Positions 1 through 13,760 of a stretch of 64,000 nt of DNA are shown piece by piece. This DNA is from Podarcis filfolensis. Its lineage: Eukaryota. The position numbers were made by a program, and so were the translations under genes. A model generated the notes under the pieces. The model saw only the letters and a program-made list of their open reading frames with translations. It was not told the DNA's origin and made no database searches. The stretch lies in the NCBI GenBank assembly GCA_964270895.1, contig OZ185435.1; one strand, given 5' to 3'. Positions within the stretch are counted from its first letter, which is position 1, and each line of letters starts with the position of its first letter.

Positions 1-3000
1 CATTTTTTCAAGTGCACTTGCTTTCAGTTTTCACTAATATGCCAGAGAGTAAACTTACAGCAGTTAAACCAGCATAAATGCTACAAAAAGAACTCAATTA
101 GCTCACTACAAAATAAACTATGTTGGCCCACCCAGCTTCTCCACATTTAAAGAAAAAAACCATGCCAGTATAAATTTGACTGCACGATGTGGTCTAAGTC
201 TCTATTAAATCAGCAGCAAAGATTGAACTGTCAGCCATGAGTAGAAATCAAGCCCATATTAATATATCCCATAATTGATTTCATATAAAATAGCTCTGAC
301 TAATTCTACTGATAGTCTACACTGAAACATATAAATCAATGAATTGCAAACAGGAAAAAACCCACTGTTTTTAAATAAATGAATAAACAAATGTAGTAAC
401 TGCTTGCCCTTCTATATAATGCACTGTTAAACCCAAATTTAAGATGAAGTAGGCATTATGGTCCCACTGCTAGAGTGCAGTCATATTCATAAGGACAAGC
501 CTTAGAAAAACCCAATAATAGGTTCACTTCTCTTCCACTATGTTATCTTGCCCTGACTAACTTACTCCAAACGAATATTTGATGAAATAATTTTGCAAAA
601 TGGGGCGGGGGAAATGCAGAGCTTGAAGAACTAGTTTTAACTTAATATTCATTTGGATAGAAAGCATTGAAATGGCTCTGTCCTGCCGCTAAAGTGAAAG
701 GTTGCTGCAGTTTGCAAGGATTTTATATGACCCCTGTACAAAAGTAAAATAAATAAAAATTGCAGCTTTCTTGCAGATAACTCAGTGACAGGGCCATACT
801 TTATAAATACTCAGTGCTGTGTTTCTCTTGTTTACATGCTGCATACTTTCTCCATCTTTTTAAACAAGGATGTGAAATCTCATGCTGACATAACAGCCTT
901 TAAGTCGCCAGACTCTCTTGTCTTCTTTGCTACAACACACAAACACAGATGTGGAATCCACTAAGCCTGCGCAAATTTCACCGTGTGAAATTAAAAGCCC
1001 AGGATGAAGGGATATACAAAGTTTCAACAAGCCATATTCCGTTCATTCCACCCTGCTCTGTCAGTGCATACCATTACCTATTTAGAGCACTTTCTAAACC
1101 ATCACCCCACTTTCCCCCTTTAGCTATTCCTATGGAATAATGAATAAAGAGTGAATCTGTAGTTGCCTTTTTCCACGTTTCACTGAAGACCATCTTACTA
1201 CCATGTTTAACTTCATATACCACACAATATTATATGAATGTGCATGTGCGCGCGCACACACACACACACACACTCCTAGCCCATGGTTCTGACTGAATTA
1301 TGCCAGTGGTTTGTCAGCTGCACTGGCTGCTAGTCTATTTCCAGGCCCAATTTAATGTGCTGGTCTTAAATCTTTATGACCTGTGACCACATCACCTGAA
1401 GATCACCTTCTCCTGTATCTGTGGTACAAACATATCCACACACTTAACAAGTTCACTATGCCATACTGGAGAATATTCAGGGTTAAACAGTTGGAGAATT
1501 CTTGCCTGGATAGCTTGATCTTTAGAGTAGGCGTTTTCATCCTGCACAGCCAATTGTGTGGGTTTTAAAAATCCTGCTCATTACAGAAACACACTAGCTG
1601 GACCTGTGAACAAACAAAGAAGTGTTTTCCCCAAGCCCCTGTGGAGAAATAGCCCATCTACAAACAACACCTTTCCAGCATGAGGAAATGAAATGTTGTA
1701 AGGTTCATTCATTTTCTGTCCATATTTGATACTTCCAGTACCAAGCTATGCTTCTCACCTTCATTTCTGTCAAGCCACAAGAGACGCATGTGCTCAGGAC
1801 GGGGAAGGTGCTGTGACCCTTCTATTTTCTGCAAAGCATACAGCTCAGTACTGGAGTTAAACATATGCTATTTAAGGTGCTTCTGGACAGTGCTTTTCAC
1901 TGCAGTGCCAGGCCAGCAACCGGGAGGCTTGCTTTGCAATCCTCTTCCTAACTCCCACCAGTCACTGCTCTCACCTGCACTGCCTGCTGCTTGACATTTT
2001 AATGAGTGGCGCTCAGCACAACTCATATGAACTGAATCAGTGCACAGATGCAGATGGCCGTACTCTGAATCTGACTGGTCGTTCAATCTAATTGAGAGTG
2101 GGAGAGTGTTTCCTCATACACAATCGTATTTGGCCAATGACCCCGGGCTTTGGAGATGCTTTTCATTTTTCTTTGTGGGATTCCCCTTGGAAGCGCAGGC
2201 TCTCTTCATGTGACACACCACAGTCTCAAACGTCTACACCAGCCTGCTAGTCAAGCTGCTAAATTGCAACCCAGAGATCATGCTGTTTCTGAACAACCAC
2301 ACAGCCATGAAGGAAGGGGCGGTTTTGAATTTTCCGAATCCACAGCTTCTTGACCAACCATTTCCACCAGGGATTTATTTATTTTTAACCACTCAGCAGT
2401 TGGAAAGAGAAGATAAACAAAGGGGCCAAAGAAGAAAGAGAGGATCAGGATGCTGTGGATGAATCCCTTTGCAGCTCTAGAATGGTTAAACATATCCAAG
2501 TTGAAATCTGGTAGCCTTGTCTGGGGGGACTGGAGGATGCCTGGTCCATCTTCCCTATGATGAGGTATCTGGGCCCTTTCTGTGAGAAGAAAAGAACTGG
2601 AGAGGGGATCAAACTGTGTGTGTGAGAGAGAGAGACTGAGAAAGAGAGAGATCATCCCATGCAAGGTTTGAGGTGAACAGAAGACATCTAGCACCCAGTG
2701 CAGTGAAGCTAGCAACCCTTCTCTCTTTATTGCTCACACCGTTTCATTCAGACTTGAGCTCAGCTATTGTTCACATGCAAAACAAATCAGCTGACCTATC
2801 AAAATGTGTAATGCTGTCTGCTCAGCACACTTCCCTGGCTTGGATGCAATGACCATTCACACATAGCCTCCTTAGACTTCATTACAGACAAAGAGCATTT
2901 TCATCCATGACACTGAAAGTATTTTCTTTTTCTTTTTTGCATTCCCTGCATGCAAAATACGATTGCAAAGCCTACACAAATTAGAATGCACATTCGGTTT

Positions 3001-5012
3001 AAAAACAGCTTCGTTTCCCTTACTTTCGCATTGTTCACACCTGTACACAAGTGGCACGAAAGACTAGGCTGACCGCTTTGTGTCATCAGTGAAAATATCC
3101 ATACTTTTATAAAATAGTACCCAGAGGGTAAGCCTGATGCAATGGCTAGAATGTCTGGATAAAGCAAATCAATGTCTGCTCAGCTTTACGTATTCTCAGC
3201 CTAATTTATCTCACAGGGTTGTTGTGATGCCAAGCTTCTAGGTAGTCATGCAAACCTTAAATATAAGTTGCACTGGCCTTACCAAAAAAAGGTACAAAAA
3301 GGTAAGTTCTGGCTTGCATTGGCTAATTTACATGGGGGCTTCTGTCCCTCCACCCTGCAGTTTTTGCATTTTGACTAGCGTAATTCAACTGGGTTGTGCC
3401 AGAATTAAGCCTAACTGCAGCAAGATATTGGGAGTCATTTGCTGCAAGGCTTCAAAACAAGGGAGTACAAGCGTTTCTGTAGATGGCCGTACTATTAAGC
3501 TGATGCTTGCAGGAGCTAGGCTGAAACAACTCTTTACGTTCATTATAAGAGATGTATAGAGAAATCTTATATTTTTAATCATACTGAGATGCAGGTTGTT
3601 AATAGTGTGTGTGTGATGCCTAAAGCAATGAAGCTTGGATTAGAACCTTTGCAACTGACAGCATAGTGATTTCACACCCACCCAAAAAATCCATGTATTA
3701 TGACAAGTCGGCAATCCCTCTCCTACAGAAAGGCCCCAGAAGAACGTCTGCATGCAGTATTTCTTGGCCACAGCTGTAGCAAATCTTAATTCTGTATCGT
3801 GCAAAAAACAAAATAAAAAAGTGCTTATTTCCCCCATCACCACCATCAAGGGGGGGGGGGGAGGCCCTTCATGCTCTGTTCCTGATTGAACTGAAGACAT
3901 GAAATGTGGGCAAACCTTCCTGACCATTCTATTGGATGAGGTGGTTGTTGTTTTCAAACCGTCAAATGCTGAATCACAGCACACACACACACACACACGC
4001 ACTGCTGCTCCTAGTCAAGGCGCTAGCCAAGGTGAAACGCAGCAGACTCTCGTTTCCTCGGGTGCTTCCGAAGCGCCAAGGAACCGGGCGGCAAACCAAA
4101 CTCTTTCGGCATTAGGAAACCACAGGGCTGTTAACACCAACCTCACAAACCACAGAGGGAAAGCTTTATGGACCGTCTCTGTCTCTCTCTCCCCCCGCAA
4201 TCCTAAGAAGAATGAGGCCACTCCACGCTCCGCATCCGAAGCGAGCCTTGAACATTTCTCCTCGTCTGATCCTTCCTGGAAAAGTCTCGAGGCATAACAA
4301 CCACCTCTTAGCAGAAACGCACACAAACACGTCCCCCCCCCCACCCCGCCCCGGTCACAACTGCGCACACACATATATAAGCACAGAGACTTTCCCTTCA
4401 CTTCGCAGGAGCCTGCTGTTTTATTTCAGCCTAGTATAATCCGATTCTTAAAACCCTCCTGTTACTTAAACACACGTCATAAATATGCGATTCGCTGAAC
4501 GCAGTTCTCCCTTCCCTGCAGCACGGCTGACTCTACTGCGCATTTTTCTGTATGCAGCACTGGAGAGGTGTTCCTCCTGCTAGAATTACACCTTTATTTA
4601 TTTTTTGCAAAAACCTTCGGCACCTACTCTACCTTCCAAAATTAGCACCACCCCACTCCCCCATCCCCAAAGCCTTCCCCTCCCAGATAAGATTACGATG
4701 CATGCACTCAATTTATGCACAGTCACAGATCTAGTAGAAGCCGGCATTACACATAGGATTCCATGGGAACGCATGCTGAATGCAGCAACATGCAGCATTC
4801 GCGTCTTGATGCGTAAGGTCCAATAAGCGTATTAAAAGCCTGTGCAGGTTGTAGTACCCACCCCGCTGCCCACCCGCCCCCCATACAAACCCGCATGGGA
4901 TCTCCCGTACTGCAGTATTCTGCAGGGTCATTAAGCGATATGTGGAAGTCCAGTCCCCACCGCCACCCCCGACTCTCGCGCGGATCCTTAATAACATTTA
5001 AAAAACACTTAC

Positions 5013-5260
5013 CTTCCTGGCACTTCCTCTGTAGCCCAGGATCAAAGCCCTTTAAACCCTCCAGCTGATTGCAGATTTCTGCACATTCGTCAGGATGATT
5101 TAACCACAATTAGGAGAAGGTCGGATGGGAAACGCTCTGAAAATGCTGGGGCAAGTGCTGATGATGCAAGATCTAACCCTCTGCAAATACACGCGCGCAG
5201 CCACACTGAAATGCGCTCATAATGCCAGCCCTGTAACTAAGGGGCAGGCATGTATCTGCA
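5013..5260 (-). other. Putative non-coding first exon of a minus-strand gene leaving the window, likely DUSP8 (5' boundary uncertain)
   Basis: Consensus donor AAG|GTAAGT at 5013/5012. CpG-retaining sequence over 4000-5250. DUSP8 neighbours IFITM10 in the same orientation in amniotes. No DUSP8 coding sequence is visible. Confidence 0.5.
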
Positions 5261-5399
5261 GAAGGGGCGAGGGTAGTGTGGGGGGGGGGGAGGTAGCACA
5301 GATAAGCATTAACAGGGCTGAAGGGATCCAGGAAGACAGAAGGTTGCACTTTAGAACTAAAAATGAACTGAGGATGAGGTCATGCCTTGAAAAAAAGCA

Positions 5400-5455
5400 C
5401 CTGACGTCACCCTCAGCCAATCAGAGAGGGAGGCTCAGGGGCAGGATGACGTCAG
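5400..5455. promoter_or_regulatory. Promoter module: CRE (5402-5409), CCAAT (5417-5421), CRE (5447-5454)
   Basis: Two perfect TGACGTCA palindromes flank AGCCAATCAG, upstream (on the minus strand) of a CpG-rich region and a consensus donor. DUSP8 assignment rests on synteny only. Confidence 0.75.
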
Positions 5456-6189
5456 CCTCTGATCCTGGGGCTTTGGGTGCAGATTAAAGGGAGACAGGCA
5501 GGCAGAATTGCAGCTTAAAAGGGGCAATGGCCTAGATTTTCCTTCTTTGCCTCGTTCCCTTCCAGTTTTGCAAGCTCTTAAAAGGGAAATGCCCCAGCCT
5601 CGGTGGAGAAAGCTGGTGCAGAGATGCAGCACTGTAAAACAAGCCACTCATTCTAAATCAATGTGGCATTTATTGTTGCAGGAGGGAAAGGGAGGGCTGG
5701 CTCATTTCAGCGGCGCACAGATAATCCCTGCTGCTCAGGAGGAGGAACTGGGAAAGATTTTTCCCTTGTGCCAAAGGCAAGACAAAGTTTAATTGGTTGG
5801 CTGCTGAATGAAGCAGGCTTAAGATTTTCACATCAGATGGAGTGATGTACCAAATGACCTCCAATACAAATGCATTCTTGTATCGAAACCTTAGCGGTGC
5901 TTTTTCTATATGACAAAGAAGCACAAATGCTGGTCCTGATGACCCAAAGAAGGATAGATTTAGAAGATGAAGCAGTTCCAAAATCCATATTAGGGCAACA
6001 CCCTTATTAGGCCAACCAAAATATCGCAAAATAGTATCTAAGCTACTGTAACATTTTGGTTGGCATAATAACAGAAGTATTGCCCGAGTGTGGATTTTGG
6101 AATTTTTCATGCGGGCCAACACATATGAAAATGCCTTTACATTTTGTGTGACAAAGTAAACAGTGTTAATAGTAATAACACAGGTATTC

Positions 6190-6345
6190 TCATAGAATCG
6201 TGGAGTTGTAGAGATGGAAGGGACCCCAAGGGTCATCTAGTCCAACCCCATGCAATGCAGGAATCTCAGCTAAAGCATCCATGGCATATGATCATCCAAC
6301 CACTGCTTAAAAACCTCCAAGGATGGAGAGTCATAACCTTCCAAT
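6190..6345 (-). mobile_element. CR1 3'-end fragment (antisense)
   Basis: catagaatc...ggaagggaccccaagggtcatctagtccaacccc...aaaaacctccaaggatggagag is the reverse complement of the CR1 terminus seen at 13590-13720. Confidence 0.75.
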
Positions 6346-9300
6346 GTGGTGCATATGTATTTTAGCATAAGCTGTAATCAAATTCAACACATGGGCAAAA
6401 CATATCCAGGACTGACTTCTGAATAGCAAGCTTTCATAAATGCTGTCACCCTTTTAAGGCCTTTTTAGTCACCACCAATCTTGTATTCCGTCCCCTAATT
6501 TTAACCAAAACCCAACCCCCCATGTGTCACAATTTTGCTCCTCCTGCTTTTCCTTGATGAGGTGTGACATACTTTAGGGAGAGTTCCTTCTGTCACAGAT
6601 ACTCCAGTTAGTAACATTTTACCTGAGATTTCCACACATAATCCTTTAAGTCTATTAATCCAAAACCATAAGGAATGTAAGATAAGGAAAAGGGAATGTG
6701 GGGGAGTGTCTTCCTTAATTCCTCCCTTGTTCAGACTAAAGTTTTTATGCATGCCTGACTTTTCTCTCTATAAATTGGTAGGCTTTTGAACTGTGATATT
6801 CTTCCAAACCAAGAGCTGAGAGAGAGAGAGAGAGAGAGAGTGAGTTTTGACATTTCCCTAATTTCCCTTGTGGCTGTTCTGAAGAGGTCCAGCTGAATTT
6901 TTCCAGTTCCCTCTCCGCTGCCAGTGCAGGGTTTTATTGTCAACTGAATGGCTTGGGCATACCCAGTAGCCTACATGTGCAACATTTAATTAAATTGTCA
7001 GCGTTTCTAACAAATCCCAGTAGGGATTTTTTTTTTTCAAGCAACGGTACATTTAATAGCTAGATCATCTAAATTTTATTAAGCTTGGGTACTTTACATG
7101 GGAAAATTAAAAACAACCCAACCCAAATTCTTCACAAATGTTTCAGGAAGAGCCTTTGCTATGAGGGCGTGCCTCCTAAAGGTGCAGTGGCACAACATCT
7201 TTGATTAGTTGAGGATTTTCTGCAAGATGAGGGATGTTATAGACTCCCAACACTGAAATATGGCTCCCAGAGTTACCCATCTCAGTAATATCCTTTTATT
7301 GTAAGAACATGAGGAACAACCCAACTTCACTTCCAGACATCCCTTTGCTGCCGGGTTCCTTGGTTTTCTTCATTTCTCCCAGTGAATGCAGGTCCTGTTG
7401 AAGCAGAGGCCTAGTATAGACCGTGGCTCACAGCTTCAACAGAAGCTGGGTTTTCTAATCCTCAGGCCCAAAGTGCCCTTTTCCCACCCCTTCCAATTCC
7501 CTTAAGGTTTTCCCCCTTTAACAATATATAGCCCCTAGAGTCCAGTGTGGCATCAACAATCTCTGTCCATCTGGCCAAAGACAAAAGTCTTTTCTGAGCT
7601 CATCAGTTTTTCCTGCATAATTGCGTTTTTAAAGATGAAAGGCTGTTCTCCCCTTGAAAGCTGAGGATGCTGTGGGTTGATCTCAGGAAGCGGGATAATG
7701 GGCAGGGACTCCATTTAGGGAAGTCATGGAACATCATCCACCCACCTCTGTTTCGGAATAAGGTCAAAAACAATGATTTCTCAGGAACACCTATCTTTCT
7801 GGATTACTCACTACATGCAGGTTGACTACTGTGATAAACCATTAAGTGGGCATATTTTCTTGACTCACACTTCAAAGGAATGATACTTTTGACTCATGTT
7901 GAAGACACTGTTAAAGTTACTATGAGGTATAAAAATGTCGCTACAATTTAAAATACAGTCTTCTTGCCATAATTTAATCTTGAAATATATTTAAACTAGA
8001 CAGAGACCCTTAATCCTTTCCCACTAACATCTGTTTGCCTTCACCACAGTTGAAATCTGAAATGGTGGCCCTGAATGTGGAAAATCCTTGTGTGGTAGGT
8101 TCCAAAAGAGTAAGGGACATTTGCTTTATTAATGTGAAAAACAAATCAGGCACACCCTATATTTAATAAATATTTCTGTATCTGTGCCATATCTTTTCAA
8201 ACGAAATTATTTTTCAAGCTTGTGCAATATAAACACATAAACTGCCATTCAGGATCAGGTCAAATGCCTGGCCTTCAAGCACCTAGCTAGACACCGGACT
8301 CAGAAAAGCCCGTAAGAAATTAATACCACAAGTTCAGAAAAACAGGCCACTGGACTAGCTTGGAGTGAGTGAAACACACAATGCACGCAAGAGGCTGTCA
8401 ATATGTGTTTGGACAGAGGTAGGGGGAAAGCCTTTGATCTTTACCACTCACTTCTCCTTGATCGGGCATCAAAATCAGAAAAACACAGTTACAGTGGCAA
8501 GAAGACAATGATTCACTCAAGTTTAGCAAATCCAAGGTGTTAAGAGACTGAGCTAGATAATGGGTTGTTCTCCTCTACTGTTGTCAATATCTGAAGGCCT
8601 GCCTCCTTCTGTTCAGACCCTCTAATATTGGCAGAGAGGGTCCTCTTGGTAGTTCCACTGCCCTCAGAAGTGGGAGGAACGGCAGCCCAGGAAACAGCTT
8701 CCCTTGTGGCCAGGTTATTCTTTACCTTAATTCAAGCTGAGAGGAAATGCATTATTTCATAAGAAACGCATTTCATAAGTACTGCATTTTCTAAGAAACA
8801 ACAGATAGATATGGATTGTGGCTAACATCTTGTGAACACTGCTTACAGAACCAGTAGTTGGAGTACACTGGATGCAAGAAAACAGGAGTGTGCTAGGATG
8901 TGGGAGAGAGACTAGTTCCCCATTATTTGTCTGATTCCTGTCTGTTACTGTGGGTAAAAGGGTAGGGAACTTCTCTGCAGAGCTTACAGAAGGGGTTTCA
9001 GTTCCAGAAGCTCTCATTTGCCTTGACATGACTGGTTCCCCTGCACCAGACCTTTCAAAAGGTGAGTGGGAGCACCTTCTCTTTCAGATTCTGCCTGGTG
9101 GGGCTCAAACACTCCTCTCCTGCTTCCCAGTTCCTCTTTCCTACAGAGTGACGCTGAGTGAGTCACTGGAAGGGGTGGCTGTGTTTGCTGTCATCAGGGT
9201 GTGCCTGTGGTTCCCCCTGTTGAGTGTCTTGGCCCTCCCCTGGCTTTCTTTTTCTCTCTCTGGGTGGGTCTTTAACCTTTGCCCCAGAACTCTTGTCCAG

Positions 9301-10115
9301 GAAGCTGTGTGGGTGCTAGGCTCTGTGTCCTTCCTCCCCATTGTGTGGTTATCGTGCTCTAAAACACAACACATGAGCAGTGTAAGTAGACTTGAGATCC
9401 TTGCCTGAAGGATGCCTGGGGACTTGGAAGGACCAAGGTTGTGCCATTGGAGCTGATCAGGAAGGAGGGTTCTTGTGCATGTGATGGGCATGGGTTTGAT
9501 ATACTGTAGAGGTTTGTGATGGGGAGACTCCTCATTGTCATGGGCTCCCTAGCTCCCTCCATGTGTGGGAAGTATGGGAGTGTTGTTGCTAGCACAATCC
9601 CTGACTAGTGAGACCTGGTAGTATTTCAAGGGACACAGAGGACTCGGATACATTAGTCAAAAAACTGTGTTTTGAATGAGTTATAAACATGCAACACCAG
9701 ATGGTGCTGGAGAGCAAAGAAATTTCTTTGTGATTTTCCATAGAGTTTTCCCCCCAGGTGTAGATCCACCCAGAGGGTGTGCTTAACTCTGGATGTGGAT
9801 TTACTCCTTCACCTCCCAAACTGAGCATGCATATGACATGCCCTATCACAGAAGAACTGCATTCTCCTATCTGGGATAACTGGTACATAGGATAGTTCCA
9901 CCAGGGCTGTTAGACCCATGGCCTAAATAGAAAGGCAGAATTCCTCTAATTAGCCATAACTAGGCAAACAACTGTGAATGCTGCCACATTTATGCCCAGA
10001 TCCGCCATGAGTGCTCTGTGCAATCTGGCTGGTCACTACTGTGGAAATCCATTTAATATAAAGTTCTTGGGAAATGCACCTTGCTCTGATCCAGAAATGC
10101 AAGTCGTGTACTGTA

Positions 10116-10260
10116 CAGTGGTACCTTGGGTTACAAATGCTTTGGGTTACGTGTTTTCAGGTTGTGGACCATGGGAAACCCGGAAGTACTGGAAAGGGTT
10201 ACTTCTGGGTTTCGTCACTCGTGCATGTGCAGAAGCGCCTAATCGCGTCACGCCAAGATT
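10116..10260. mobile_element. Truncated Tigger-like MITE related to the 35786-36027 element
   Basis: TA-CAGTGGTACCTTGGGTTAC start is identical to the 35786 element. No second TIR found. Confidence 0.7.
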
Positions 10261-11964
10261 CATAAACAACAACAACAGGGCAAGGTATGTCAATGGAGAC
10301 AGGGAGTGGAAAACCCATGCAGGTTTAAACTGACCTTGAACTGCTTTGGGCCTCCCTCAGCCTATTTGTGGATCAGCTTTGCGGTGCTAGATTAGATAGC
10401 AGTTTTGTCAGAACCCCAGTCTTGAGGAGCAGTCCTCACTCCAGCTGCCGACTCAGAAGTGCAGGCCTGACTGGACCTTTCAGGCCAGTAGTGCAGGAGC
10501 CAGAGGTGCTAGAAGGCAACCCAGGAAGCAGCATCATGCCCAGATGAGAGCCACACACCATACCCTTCAAGCCTTGCCCCACACCAGGAACTGTCTCCCT
10601 CTATGTCAGGCACCTATAAGTCCATGCTGACCCATTTATAGAGATGACTCAACTGGAGTCAGAAAGGGGAAGGAGTAGAAGACTGTAAGCCACAGGGTCA
10701 GGGCCAGCCCTATACAATTTGGCACCTGAGGCAAACCACAATATGGCACCTCCCTCCCAGCCAGGGAAGAAGGGCTGTGAAGACCTACACCCAGGAGCAA
10801 AGGGGGAATAAATATCTACATCAGGAACAAAGGGTGGGGAATAAAATCAACCTTCCCCAATGGCTGAAGTGGGAATCAAAGGACATTACAGGGGGGAAAG
10901 GGGCTTGTTCTGAATACGCTGGGCAGCTACAGAGCCCAGGAGACCCCAAAGAGCAGCTCTAGGCAGAAGAGGAGACCAGCAGTGCCTCCTATTCCCTGAG
11001 AGGCCGTTGTGGAGGCAACTGCCAAGGAGGCAGAAGTTCCTCCCTCCAAGAAGCATGCAACAGCTCTTGCTGACACTGCGACAGCAGCAGCAGCAGCGGG
11101 TGTGTGTGTGTGTGTGTGTGTGCATTCCTTGGAGGCTGGATTCTGTGGATCCTGCTGCCCAAGGTGGTTGTCTTGCCTTGCCTCATGAGTGGGCAAGTCC
11201 CTTGAAGATCTTCCATTCTTTAAGGAAGGGGATGAGCCTGGGACGGGGTAACCTGAAAGCATATGCCAACTTGGATGGTTTAAATTGCTCTCTTGAAGCT
11301 TTCCTTGATATCGTAACTACTACGAGACTACTTGCTCTATACAAGATCCTTATCAAGATCAGGAGAGTCTTGGACCAGGCATTCATCTTCCTATTTGGGG
11401 GAGAACACCCTGAATTTATCTCACCACAACATTAGAGAATTCTACGTTTGTTAAGTACAACTATAGGCCTGACTGTTGGGCTGAGAAATGTCTAAAATCA
11501 ATTGAAGGTCAAATTAAATGTGCTGCGGGGAGCAGGGTTACTTGCATTTGCAATGCTAATCAGCAGCCCCTCACAGGTGCTCTGAATACTAGGTCTTAAC
11601 CCTGTTCTCCATCAGTCCACCAATCTACATTGTAGGGTTGCAGTTTGCTCTGCAAGGGTTAAAAAAAAGGCAGACGTATGATGCATGTGCCTGTGTTTTC
11701 CTGTGGTGGAGCTAATAGCAGCACTGGTGGGTGAGTGGTTTTAGATCACAGAAAAAGGGTTCCGACCTCCTTTCTCCTGCAGCCCTTCCTTACTTTCTCC
11801 ACACAGTGATAGTCACAAGCAAATGGTGGTATTACATAGCTTCCATCATTCACCCTGGAGTGCCACCCACAAATGTATCCATGACAACACACATTTAACA
11901 GATGGTGCATTTACAAATACACTTAAGATTATGGACTGGATCCGAACTATCCTTTTTGTGAATG

Positions 11965-13760
11965 GAAGCAAAAGGAAGAACAAAGAAACAGTGAGGTCAC
12001 TCAGAGGAGAAGATGGTGAAATGCAAACAGGGGACACAGAAAGGGCTGAACTCCTCAATGCCTTCTTTGCCTCAGTCTTCTCTGATAAAGAAAACAATGC
12101 CCGACCTGAAGAATTTGGAGCAAATGATTCAGCAGAGGAAACACAGCCCAGAATAACTAAGGAGATAGTACAGGAATACTTGGCTAGTCTAGATGTATTC
12201 AAGTCTCCAGGGCCAGATGAACTGCATCCAAGAGTATTAAAAGAACTGGCAGATGTGATTTCAGAACCACTGGCAGTCATCTTTGAGAATTCCTGGAGAA
12301 CAGGCGAAGTCCCGGCAGACTGGAGGAGGGCAAATGTTGTCCCTATTTTCAAAAAGGGGAAAAGAGCGGACCCAAATAATTACCGCCCAGTCAGTCTGAC
12401 ATCAATACCAGGGAAGATTCTGGAGCAGATCATTAAGCAAACAGTCTGTGAGCACCTAGAAAGGAATGCTGTGATCACCGATAGTCAGCATGGATTTCTG
12501 AAAAATAAGTCATGTCAGACTAACCTGATCTCGTTTTTTGACAGAATTACAAGCCTGGTAGATGAAGGGAACGCAGTGGATGTAGCCTACCTTGATTTCA
12601 GCAAGGCATTTGACAAGGTGCCCCATGATATTCTTGTAAAGAAGCTGGTAAAATGCGGTCTTGACTATGCTACCACTCAGTGGATTTGTAACTGGCTGAC
12701 TGACCGAACCCAAAGGGTGCTCATCAATGGTTCCTCTTCATCCTGGAGAGGAGTGACTAGTGGGGTGCCACAGGGTTCTGTCTTGGGCCCGGTCTTATTC
12801 AACATCTTTATCAACGACTTGGATGATGGACTCAAGGGCATCCTGATCAAATTTGCAGATGACACCAAACTGGGAGGGGTGGCTAACACCCCAGAGGACA
12901 GGATCACACTTCAAAACGACCTTGACAGATTAGAGAACTGGGCCAAAACAAACAAGATGAATTTTAACAGGGAGAAATGTAAAGTATTGCACTTGGGCAA
13001 AAAAAAAATGAGAGGCACAAATACAAGATGGGTGACACCTGGCTTGAGAGCAGTACATGTGAAAAGGATCTAGGAGTCTTGGTTGACCACAAACTTGACA
13101 TGAGCCAACATGACGCGGCAGCTAAAAAAGCCAATGCAATTCTGGGCTGCATCAATAGGAGTATAGCATCTAGATCAAGGGAAGTAATAGTGCCACTGTA
13201 TTCTGCTCTGGTCAGACCTCACCTGGAGTACTGTGTCCAGTTCTGGGCACCACAGTTCAAGAAGGACACTGACAAACTGGAACGTGTCCAGAGGAGGGCA
13301 ACCAAAATGGTCAAAGGCCTGGAATCGATGCCTTATGAGGAACGGCTAAGGGAGCTGGGCATGTTTAGCCTGGAGAAGAGGAGGTTAAGGGGTGATATGA
13401 TAGCCATGTTCAAATATATAAAAGGATGTCACATAGAGGAGGGAGAAAGGTTGTTTTCTGCTGCTCCAGAGAAGCGGACACGGAGCAATGGATCCAAACT
13501 ACAAGAAAGAAGATTCCACCTAAACATTAGGAAGAACTTCCTGACAGTAAGAGCTGTTCGACAGTGGAATTTGCTGCCAAGGAGTGTGGTGGAGTCTCCT
13601 TCTTTGGAGGTCTTTAAGCAGAGGCTTGACAACCATATGTCAGGAGTGCTCTGATGGTGTTTCCTGCTTGGCAGGGGGTTGGACTCGATGGCCCTTGTGG
13701 TCTCTTCCAACTCTATGATTCTATGATTCTATGATTCTATGATTCTATGATTCTATGATT
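11965..13760 (+). mobile_element. 5'-truncated CR1 LINE (ORF2 RT domain, C-terminus and 3' UTR)
   Basis: RT motifs ([35 protein letters not shown]) and CR1 C-terminus ([29 protein letters not shown]). One frameshift in the A10 run at 12999-13008. (CTATGATT)6 tail. No endonuclease domain. Confidence 0.95.
13713..13760 (+). repeat. (CTATGATT)6 octamer tail of CR1
   Basis: Six perfect copies counted; canonical CR1 ATTCTRTG tail. Confidence 0.95.

Noticed and set aside
5670-6236. 188-aa minus-strand ORF near the promoter
   Set aside because: Begins in a CR1 fragment, AT-rich, no DUSP or other motif.
10886-11125. Cys-rich ORF (RCCCCCRSVSKSCC) in the KRTAP5-syntenic interval
   Set aside because: The Cys run comes from a (CAG)n tract next to (GT)n; it lacks KRTAP5 CCxP/GCG repeats and is preceded by HT dipeptides from the microsatellite.
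13713-13760. Regular short repeats as a CRISPR-like array
   Set aside because: No spacers; this is the CR1 octamer tail in eukaryotic DNA.
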